Below are positions 14,601 through 24,067 of a stretch of DNA of 64,000 nucleotides, piece after piece. Position 1 is the first letter of the stretch. Every line of letters starts with the position of its first letter. The position numbers were made by a program, and so were the translations under genes. The notes below the pieces were generated by a model. The model saw only the letters and a list, made by a program, of their open reading frames with translations. It did no database searches and had not been told where the DNA came from. Source of the DNA: Ramazzottius varieornatus (taxonomy: Eukaryota > Animalia > Tardigrada); NCBI GenBank assembly GCA_001949185.1, contig BDGG01000001.1, positions 3,427,324-3,491,323 on the forward strand. The letters run 5' to 3'.

Positions 14601-16411
14601 GAAGTACGGAAGTCCAAGAACCCATACTTCCTCCGCGACCATATCAGTTACTGGAGAGATTGCATAAGTGCCGCCGGATGCGAGAATGGTGCTTGAATAG
14701 TGCGCTGCCTTCAGGAGTTCCCCAGCGCAGTCGCAAAATTACTGCATACCAATACCCAGCACTTCAATATGTAGAAAGAAGCTCCAAGAGCAATGAGAGT
14801 GATGAATAGCGAGCAACAAGCGTTGAGCAATTGACAAGCATGCAAATTACACGGCGGGTGTTGCATCGGAAGTGTGGCATATTACATTGATCATAGCCGA
14901 ATGTTTCCAGCGTATCATCGCCTGGAGTAATCAAGCCACAAAACCACACAATTATCAGGTATTATAGTTTTGTCAGAAGAAAAAAGGGCCTGCAAATGCA
15001 AAACCAGATGGTGACTTATGAATTGGAGCCCCGATTATGACAGCGCACTGTTATGAACTGCATTCACTTGTTTCGACATCTCACAACGATCCGACCACTT
15101 TAGAGAGCCTGATCGGTTTCCTTCAATACAAAATGTCGGCGCTTGTGTATACGGAGGCTTTTAATCGCAGCCATCCTGACAGCCAAAGCAAGCTAAAGCA
15201 AACAACGCCGCTACAGTCCGCTGGCGGCATTGACGCTATTAAACCGTGAAGACTGGCCTTACTGCTTGGTTTCCTCTCACAGATCCTCTGTTTAACAAGC
15301 ACACAGAATTTGCGACACTAGATGTAAACTCCCATCAATCAAAAATTTAGTTCCATATTCATGAAAGCTAACCGCTGACGCCAGCAACAAACGCACCAAA
15401 AGGCCTTACCCACTTTTGTAACAGATTCCAGTGCCAACATAATATGAAAAAACTGTCCCTGCTTCTAAGCCACATCAGTGGAAGGACGACTCAGTGACCA
15501 AAAAACAGTAGATAGTCGAATAACAGAATCTACCTCACGGACCTTCCCCTCCGCAGACCGTCGCGAGGTGAAGACAACATTCAAGTTCCCCGCAACCTTC
15601 CACCACAGTAGTCTATCCGCACTTATGACTTACCTCAATTAGAGGCCAGTGGTCACGGGCACGATAAGTCGCGGGGAGCCGGATCCATTGCAACGAAGTC
15701 GCTATTGGTTTCTAGTAGTCGTGTCCAGCGCCATCTGTATTGCAGTTTCCGAAATCTTTCCTACAAACAAAGCGACGATGTCAGTTGAACCAGTTCAAGT
15801 CCCAACAGAAATTTGTTTGATTATTTTAATTGAAAATAGCGACAGATATCATGAAAGACCTGGGTTGCGGCTTTCGTGTATGAATAGGCATTCCGAGCGA
15901 CGACCCACTCCAGGAGCCACGTGCTCAGGAGGAGCTCGGTGCTTTCTTCCATGGTATCCCTCAATGCGAACTATTTCTACATTATCCTTCCTTGCTCGTC
16001 ATATCCGATGAGAACTACAAAGAAAACATAAAGACCAGTTTTATCTTTCTGTATAACTGTGGAATGAAGTTGTTCGCAAAGCTGACTCGTGAACTTGATG
16101 GTGGTCCGTCGGTCGAGGTTTCCACTCCAAGCTTCTTTCTACTTGATACCTCCATAAGCGACTGTTTCGTTGCAATGCGGCAAAACACAGCGGCACTATT
16201 CAAAGTTTCGGGTTTGCGTTACACTGTTAAGAAAAAGGCAACATCAGATCATTTTTAGGTACGCAAAAAGACCTCCCAGACTTCTAGGGAAAGTCGCGAA
16301 TCCATTGGGAACATTTAAAACTGATAAAACATAAGACGGAATAATTCGTACGGGAAATACAAAGGGCAATAAGAGAGACAGAAACTTTGCTTCAAAGTTT
16401 GGGAAAGCCTT

Positions 16412-17389
16412 TCATGAGACGTCGTGGTTCGCTGTGACAGTCTGACCTTCCACGAGCTGATCAGAAGGGCGAGCCAATACAACGAATTTCTCGTAAAAGT
16501 CTAGTAGCACACGCTTGTATTCGTCTTTCATCATCAGTACAGATCGCGGGACAATCTGGGCGAAGGGCTCCCTCTCCCTGAGACGACACCATTGGTTAAG
16601 AAATCATAAACTACTGTAAATATTCGCTACGTCCGCGCAGTACGTACACGCACGCGACGATGCACCCCCGTAGGGGGTTGCGCAATTCGTGAAACTGGAC
16701 CGGGGCTGTACTTCACTTGTACGATGACATACTGCGCGGACGCAGCGAATATTTACAGTATCTATTCACAAAAGGGAAAATACGAAGACGAGCTTGCTAT
16801 CTTACCATACGCAGAGGAACTCGAGATTTCCATCTTTCAGGCGAATCGACTTTATCGAAGTCAGTCTTCTCGACAGCAAGTCGTCCACCCTTCGACGTTT
16901 TCTTGCTTGCCAGGTACTGATAACTCGTCGGTCGCTTGAAGGAGGAATTTCGGGACAGGAGAAGGCCGACGCTCTTCGTCCCTTAGACTTCTTTGAGTTC
17001 TTACAACAACGAGAAGATTCTTTATCCGCTTGTCCAGCAAGCTTTTCCAGTTCCCACATGTCCTCTTCGAACTCTCGAATACAGATTCTTGGGAGGTTAG
17101 CTTCCGGTTCCCATGTACACTCATCTCTACGAGCAGCGCAAAACCATCCATCATAATATAAAGTTACCAAGAACTGGAACAACTTATGGTGAACACCATT
17201 CCGACGAACGTACTTGCTGAATCCCCACCACTTGACGAGGAATTCCACAGAGCCTGCCGCGTCCACTACCCGTTTATCCTGAATTTCTTCCACGATGTAG
17301 GGATAGTCGTCCATGTCGATGGTTAAGGGATGCTCGTCGATCTGGCCGCGTAGGAGAGATGCTTCCACAGGTCCTGGAGAGTTGGTCAT
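16412..17389 (-). CDS. HP1-like protein (chromodomain + basic hinge + chromoshadow domain), 3 coding exons
   Basis: Chromo YIVEEIQDKRV..VEFLVKWWGFSK|DECTWEPEANL (intron 17127-17213); hinge KKSKGRR..RKRRR; chromoshadow-like LTSIKSIRLKDGNLEFLCVW|EREPFAQIVPRSVLMMKDEYKRVLLDFYEKF (intron 16578-16805); stop at 16412. Start codon uncertain. Confidence 0.85.
16612..16760. mobile_element. About 149-bp MITE-like hairpin element, copy 1 (inside HP1-like intron)
   Basis: 31-bp terminal inverted repeat TACTGTAAATATTCGCTACGTCCGCGCAGTA / TACTGCGCGGACGCAGCGAATATTTACAGTA (1 mismatch), TA at both ends; homologous copy at 28635-28778. Confidence 0.8.
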
Positions 17390-18424
17390 CTTGCTCGGTG
17401 CAAGGCTGTCTCCCTTCACACCATTCCTAGCAATCTCACGTGGATGAAGTCTTCGGTGATCCCAAAGCCACGTAGCCTTAGATGTCACAAAGCTCGATGG
17501 ATAGGGCAGATGATGAGATCCGGGACCCTGGATGATGGATCCACAAGCGAAAAACACAAACCTGCTAGAGAAAATTAGAATCAATTCAATCGAATTTTCC
17601 AATGCCCGGTTCAGCCCTGTCGGTCCAGCGGGGGCACCCCCAGTGTCAAAGTGTGACATCGACAAAGTTCAGCCCGAGTACCCCGACCCAACCCGGAAGT
17701 TGTAAATTTTCGGACAGGACTCACAGGAGACCAGAGCCCAGAGCCAGTTTTTAAGCTTGGAGGTTCCATATGGAAATTAAAGACAGGCACAGGCTGTCGA
17801 TCTTGTCGACCTTAACTGGGATAGGATTTGAGGGAACCGAACGAACAAGATTTTAAGATTACAAGAAGTCACGTCGCTATCTAATCTCCTGCTGTACAAC
17901 TATTCATTTCATTTGTAAACTCCAAAATTGATCTCTATTCTCCGTGGTCGTCCTTTGCCTCCTTCCCGGTTTTGTCTTCGTTCCTGGCGAGGATCAAAAA
18001 TAGGGATATTTTAGTTCTGGTCCACTTGATCTTGTTATGACAGAATTTGCGGGGCAAGTCTTGCTCACACATTTTCTTCTGGTAACGTTCAGCGGATGAC
18101 GTCAGCACTTATATTACATCTGGTGACATCATGAGTTTTGGAGCGCCTGATGAGTATGACGGACAATGAAGTCAGCGGGCGCCCCTCCCTCGCCCACGTT
18201 TAGTCGACGTGTATGCCAAAGGGTATGACGAGTGTTTTCGTCGATGCTGTCCTGATCTAGTTTGACTGTTTGACTTTTTCCAGTTTCCGATCGAAGAAGT
18301 TTCCATATGGTGAGAGTTCAAGTCGATCTGGCCACGTTTCTCTGTTGACTTCTAGAGTTATCGAGTGATCCCTTACAAGGCCTGGATTCCTCTTCAACTC
18401 CTTGGAAGATAACCGCTTGAAGCC

Positions 18425-19640
18425 ATGGCAGAACTAACCTCCAGAGGAATCAAATGGTTCATGATCTCGTTCAACCTCCTGTTGTTCGTAAGTGCCGTCC
18501 ATTGATTGACCACTGTTTCTTGCTTGTGCCCACTTGTTGCTTCTTCCAGCTCTGCTCGGGGAAGACTCTCGAATGGGCAGCCCTTTTGTCACCGAACGTT
18601 TGCCTTAACTTTTAGTTTTGTAGATCTTCGGGATCGTTCTGATAGCGTTGGGAGCAGCAGCCAAAGCTCAGTACTATGACCTGTCGAACTATTTCGACCA
18701 TAACACGGGACTGGGTGGCACCATTAGTCCAGCTGCGCTCCTGATCGCTGTCGGAGTCTTCATCGCAGCCCTGTCCTTTTTGGGATGTTTCACGGCTGTG
18801 AAAGAAACATATGGCTTGCTGGTTACGGTGAGTCAGCAGTGATGGTAGCAAAGTTGCTCCATTTGTTCGTTTCATTTCCACCTTTACCATGCAGTCGTGC
18901 TTTTCTCTGTGTAGTTTGCCGTACTTCTGGGTATCCTGTTCATCATCCAGTTTGCCGGAGCCATCGCTATGTACGTCCAGAAAGACAATGTAAGAACTTT
19001 GCTCGTCTAAGGTTACATACGGTTTGTTAGATGGCCTTGCGCTCGGTGATAACTTACTGTGTTCTTGTGATCATCAGATGACGCGTCAAGTGGGACCGGC
19101 ACTGAGCGACATGATGAAACACTACAACGCCAGCGCTACCCAGGAGGGGTACAACAGCACGACCACTATGGATAACCTACAGAAAAGCGTAAGTGACACG
19201 CAATAACGGCAAATTTATCTGAATTCTGAAACGATTGGTTCTCTTTGATTTCGTCAGTGGAGCTGCTGTGGAGTTAATGGCTATACCGACTGGTACGGAC
19301 AGCTCAAGGGGGTTCCGCAGTCCTGCTGCATTCAGCCAAACTGCAGTGGAACAAGTGAGGGCGAACTAACCCCTGTGTGTGGTGGTAAACTTCCCAGTTG
19401 CCCAGTCTACATCCACGGCTGCAAGGCTCCGTTTGAGAATGCCTTGGAAAAAGGTCTGAAAGGAGTTGCTGGAGCAGGCATCGCGTTCGCAATAATTGAG
19501 GTACCGTACTATCCTTCTGTGATGTGCCGTGTTCAAAGTGTTCTGTAGGATCTGTACCATACGGTGGGTTACAGCTGATTGGACTTGGATTCACCGCGTA
19601 CCTGGCCAAACGTATTCGAAGTGGATACACCTACGCTTGA
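18425..19640 (+). CDS. Tetraspanin, CD63-like, 6 exons
   Basis: MAELTSRGIKWFMISFNLLLF|IFGIVLIALG..SFLGCFTAVKE..|FAVLLGILFIIQFAGAI..|..|WSCCGVNGYTDW..VPQSCC..GC..|LIGLGFTAYLAKRIRSGYTYA*. Four TM segments, CCG and PxSCC motifs; AATAAA near 19985. Confidence 0.93.
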
Positions 19641-20083
19641 AGACTGTCAGCCTTATAACGGCTCAATAACGTCCGTCACATTGTAAGCCCCTTCTTACTC
19701 GTTTCCAGTTGACAATGCACTATTCTACATGAAACTTAGCATTTTGTGCCAGTAACCGTAACAGTAGCAGTCTTTCTGCGTTGTGCCTTTTCAGTTTCCA
19801 AAATCTTGAGATTTTCTGCTACCCACGCGCAATTATTGCATTTATCAGCTGAATCAACCCTCTTACGCTCACGTTTTCACCAGGCAGATGACCCTCTTTC
19901 GGTCTGTTCACTTGAAATTCAGTCCCCTTTTCCACAATGGTTTTTTCACTCAAAATTCGTTTTACTTTCTTTCCGTGAATCACCAATAAAATTTCCCTGT
20001 TGTAACAGTATTTGAATCAAACTTCAACAAAATAATTATGGAGACTTTGAAAAACTTCCTAGCAAAATTCTGCACTTAGGCTT

Positions 20084-20671
20084 TCAAACCGAAGTCCCTT
20101 TCTGGAATGATGGGAATGGCTGGTTGATGTCCGCTCGTTGGCCATACCTGAGTATATTTCCGCGATTCAGAATTTCGACGATCACTGTAAGCGGAAATTT
20201 TTTAGGTCCGTCTGAAATACTTGAGAAGAAGTGCGTACAATGCAGCTTTATTGCCGTTTTCTTACTTCTGAGGGTGGGTTCGATGAATTTCATTAACATC
20301 TGCACTACTGTTTGCTCGTCGAGTAGCAGGTCGTTCAGAATAGGAGTTTGCATAGCGGGATTGGTCTGAGGGTTGGGTTGATGGAATACTGGAGGACTAG
20401 GGAGTGTCGGAAGGCGATCAGTCATTGGCATGACTGGACGGAAGAAGGAAGTGGTCTTGGGTGGTGGAGTTGGACTTTCTCCGTTCCACGGACTGTGGAG
20501 GAACTTGTCGAATAGGATGTTTCGGAAAGTGGTTGTTCCTGGTGGCGGTGGCGCCGTAGGTCTCGGTGGCGTTGGCTGAGGAGGCTGTGGTGGCGGTTGT
20601 TGCAGGAGAGGTTGCGGCTCGGGCATCGCCAGGTTGTCGAGCGGTGCAATCACAATAGCGTCGTTGGACAT
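20084..20671 (-). CDS. Proline-rich protein of unknown function (single exon)
   Basis: About 195-aa ORF from MSNDAIV; Pro/Gln-rich N-half, globular-looking C-half. No family recognised. Confidence 0.5.
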   Translation of the reverse strand: MSNDAIVIAPLDNLAMPEPQPLLQQPPPQPPQPTPPRPTAPPPPGTTTFRNILFDKFLHSPWNGESPTPPPKTTSFFRPVMPMTDRLPTLPSPPVFHQPNPQTNPAMQTPILNDLLLDEQTVVQMLMKFIEPTLRSKKTAIKLHCTHFFSSISDGPKKFPLTVIVEILNRGNILRYGQRADINQPFPSFQKGTSV

Positions 20672-20821
20672 GCTTGGTCTTGTGAAGTGCTGACGGAGCG
20701 TCGCTGAATAACAACGAAGTATGACTTGAGGATATTTCCGTAACAAAAATCAGAACTCATGAAAACGAACATCAAAATTAGATTTTGCTGGTTTGAGACG
20801 TCGGCAAATGAATATTGACAT

Positions 20822-20891
20822 GATCGTTGTCTGAAGTGGCGCACGCCTTCGTTGTTATCGGCTGAAAGTGTGCGCCACTGGGGAAACTATC
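20822..20891. repeat. Copy of the GTGGCGCAC palindromic family (intergenic)
   Basis: GATCGTTGTCTGAAGTGGCGCAC..GTGCGCCACTGGGGAAACTATC. Confidence 0.7.
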
Positions 20892-21106
20892 ACCTTCTAG
20901 TCGTTAGCCAACGTTCAATTTTTCCAGATTTTCTTAGGTTAACTTCAGTTTGGTACTGGAAAAGCCCACCGTCCCAAGGGTAAAAGAAACAGTGAGGGGA
21001 GAAACTGAGAGGTCAAACTGGGAATTTGATTGTATTTTGAAAATTCCATTTCCGGTGTTCGACTTGACATATTTAGTGTTCAGGTCTACGATAAATTTAC
21101 ATCATA

Positions 21107-21892
21107 CTACTCTAGGTAATTAGAGTGGGGCTTAGTCACGGTTGTCTGTGTCAAAGAAGCGGAGCTGAGCTCATCTCGCGCGACTATGGCGGAAGTTACG
21201 TAAGAGATGCCTCGTGCAAGCGGTATTGTTGCAGTCTTACTTACATCCCATCGCCGGACCGGTTGCGGCGATGATGTAAAATGGCTGTGCAAGGTCGTAA
21301 GTGAATTCATTTACGTTACGCACTCTTGAGAGGACGAACGAACACGCTAGGATACCATCATGCAGAGACCCATTTCCGGGAGTGACTCCCGTTAGAAGTA
21401 AGCGCTGGTTGGCGTGACCGTTTGGGATGTTCCTCGAAGAGAAGACTCCGGCTGCTCCGTTGTTGTACACACACTCTGTCACCAGAGCTCCTCCCTGTGA
21501 AGAATTCCTCTCAGTACAGTGAGCGTAGAAGTTCATTCGTACAGCGAACACACAAGAATTTATGAGTGGAAAATCCGTACCATTTTGTTAGGTTCTGGGT
21601 TGAAGCCAACCGCAATCCAAAAGTTTTGTGGGCGAAAGGGTGGGACGCTCCCATAGATTTCCACTGGTACGCGCTCCTTGAAGGCAGGATCAAAGGCGAA
21701 CTTCAGTAGGATACTGCACTGTCCAGAAGCCAGGCAGCTGTCTTCCGGAAACCCGATGCATCCAAAGGTCGCGCCACAGTCGCTGGTTGGGAAACCAGGC
21801 ACGACATTTTGGGCGGTTGCGTAACGAGGCCAGAGGGAGATAACGTCTAATAGGATGGATGCTGTCAGGATCACTTGAGGGAAGCCGGCCAT
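21107..21892 (-). CDS. Secreted stand-alone DOMON domain protein (SDR2/FRRS1-type), 3 exons
   Basis: Signal peptide MAGFPQVILTASILL..; CGATFGCIGFPEDSC..C; WIAVGFNPEPNKM; VTECV; DGILACSF; YDLAQPFYIIAATGP; terminal exon ending KPHSNYLE*. Confidence 0.8.
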
Positions 21893-22212
21893 GGTGAAGA
21901 GATAAGTTTGGATGGATGTCTGATCTAAACTACCGACAGAGAAACGTGCGACGAATGCCGCATTATGACGAGGAGCGCATTTGCATGCCGCGACCGAAAA
22001 TGTACAATGACCAGTGCGAGAAAAAATGACACGCTCTATATTGCTTGCCTTTATCATCGTGGGTGGCTAAGATTGCTATGGTGCTTGTTGTTTATGTGGT
22101 TAGGAGCTCGAATAAACATTTTGCATAAGCTTGACGGATTCTGTAACACGTTGCTCCGACCAAGTGCCTCCCTGCATCATCATTGTACTGTACCGGTATC
22201 TCTTCTGATGTA

Positions 22213-22817
22213 CACGCACAACGAGATATAACGGGCCAGTAAAAATTACGGGCCAGGCAGAATTACGGGCATGCGGAAAAGACGGCCAATTTACCATTTG
22301 TATGGAAGTCGGAAACAGAAATCGGACAAATGACGTAACGTAGTAAAATTCAACCGTAGAAAATTGCCATGCACAGTGGCAGTCAGCTAATCAGCTGTTT
22401 CACTGTGCACAGCCATTCAACTTTCTCTCGGAGAAGCTCTGGACTCCTTGTCCCGATGTCCTTTCCGTGAGCCTTTCTGAAAATGTCCCAGCCCTTCAAG
22501 ACCAAACGTTATCGACGATACACCGAAGAAGGCCTGAAGGATGCTCTATCTGCTGTCGGGAATGGAATAGCACTACGCGAAGCAGCTCCAGTCTTCAAAC
22601 TTCCGCGCAGCACCGTCCTACGTTATGTCGAAGATACCACACAATAAATATTAATATGACATGTTTTAGCTCTTCGGCCCAATGTCCAGCACGTACGTAC
22701 AGCAGTGCAGCCTCCGATGCCGGTTTTTACTTGCAGCGAGAATCACCTACACGTGCCGCCGTGGCGAAAGGGCCTGGCCCGAAATTTTTACTGGCCCGTA
22801 ATATCTCGTCGTGCGTG
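22213..22817 (+). mobile_element. Non-autonomous pogo/Tigger-like (Tc1-mariner superfamily) DNA transposon, about 605 bp
   Basis: About 46-bp TIRs CACGCACAACGAGATATAACGGGCCAGTAAAAATTACGGGCCAGGC / GCCTGGCCCGAAATTTTTACTGGCCCGTAATATCTCGTCGTGCGTG (3 mismatches), flanked by TA at 22211-12 and 22818-19; internal psq-type HTH ORF. Confidence 0.85.
22483..22647 (+). CDS. 54-aa pipsqueak/CENP-B-type HTH (truncated transposase N-terminus)
   Basis: MSQPFKTKRYRRYTEEGLKDALSAVGNGIALREAAPVFKLPRSTVLRYVEDTTQ* fits the HTH_psq pattern; no DDE domain follows. Confidence 0.7.
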   Translation: MSQPFKTKRYRRYTEEGLKDALSAVGNGIALREAAPVFKLPRSTVLRYVEDTTQ

Positions 22818-24067
22818 TACAGACCAGCAGGTAGAAGGAGTTTCACTGCAAAATAACCGAGACGAAAAATTAATGATATTTAATCTGTGTGTTATGTAGT
22901 TTTCCCCGAATATGATTGAGCTCAATAGATCTGGGCTGGCCTTCTTCTAGCTCCCGGATGTCTAGGTTATGAACTTCGATCATGCCTTCGCGTAAAATAT
23001 ACCGAAAAGGTGGAACAGGGCTCACTGTAGCCAATGGATCAAACATGTTTCCTACTTTATCCGCTTAGCACTGAAGTGAATAGTTCAAGGTCGCGTCAAA
23101 GGTTAGTATGAGTTTCACGCTGTGCTACGAGAGACATCCAGGGAGTATCTGTCGTCAGTGCGTGACATGATCGTGTGAGGGGTTCCCGCTCGTGTGGAAA
23201 GTATGAGCCCAGCGACATTTTGTTTTAACAGTTTTGTCAATTCCGACAGTTTAAATTTCTCATCTGAAGGTAGAATTAACGAGTCGCTTGAGGGACCTAG
23301 TGGCTGAGTTGCGCACCACTAATTGGAAAGCTCACGCGCAGAACTCTTTTGGGTGTGGTTGGTTGAGAGTCCAGACAGGGACCGCCAGGTAAAAAGTAGT
23401 CATACAAAAGTTTACGTGACACCACGGGGATGCGCAGCGGTTGATGCAGATATAAAAGGGCTCTTTTTGAGCTTCCTACTTTCATGGCTTACAGGGGACT
23501 CCTTTTTTGTCTTCACGACCTTGATTTGAACGAATCTCCAAGCAGTGAATCATCCGGACAATGTCCGAAGGTTTTTTTTTCTCGATTTACTGAAGACGAC
23601 AGGAGGTATCTGTCAACGATAAGTTTGCCACCTCGCACTCAATCGGAACCATCCGAGCTGTTTGACCACAAAAAAGTATCAGAACTGACACCGTGACGCG
23701 CTTTTTCTTCGCCGTGATTGAGGAGCAAGCACCGGTAAAGTGGCAATATTTTAAGAAGTGCTGTGAACACTCGCGACTCGCGCACCCTTTTTGTCTATAA
23801 TTACAATACCATCATCTTCGACCATCATCGGCATGTTATCAACACTGCCACTTGCTCATTCTCCTATTCTTTGAGCCCACGCGAACTGCCGGCGTTCTTT
23901 GTCACATCTGTATTCTTCGGAAAATCATAGTCTTGGTTACCTCAAGAAATTTTAGTACTAGGCTCTTCGCTGGGTTTCTGGGTACCCGAGGTGTTTCGGA
24001 GTTCGAGCTGCGAACTTCTGATCTGTGTTCACTTCGCCGATCTCTGCCTAGGTCCATGCTCTGCGAA

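Noticed and set aside
16612-16760. Hammerhead or other ribozyme reading of the hairpin element
   Set aside because: No CTGATGA...GAAA core in the right arrangement was found on either strand by eye.
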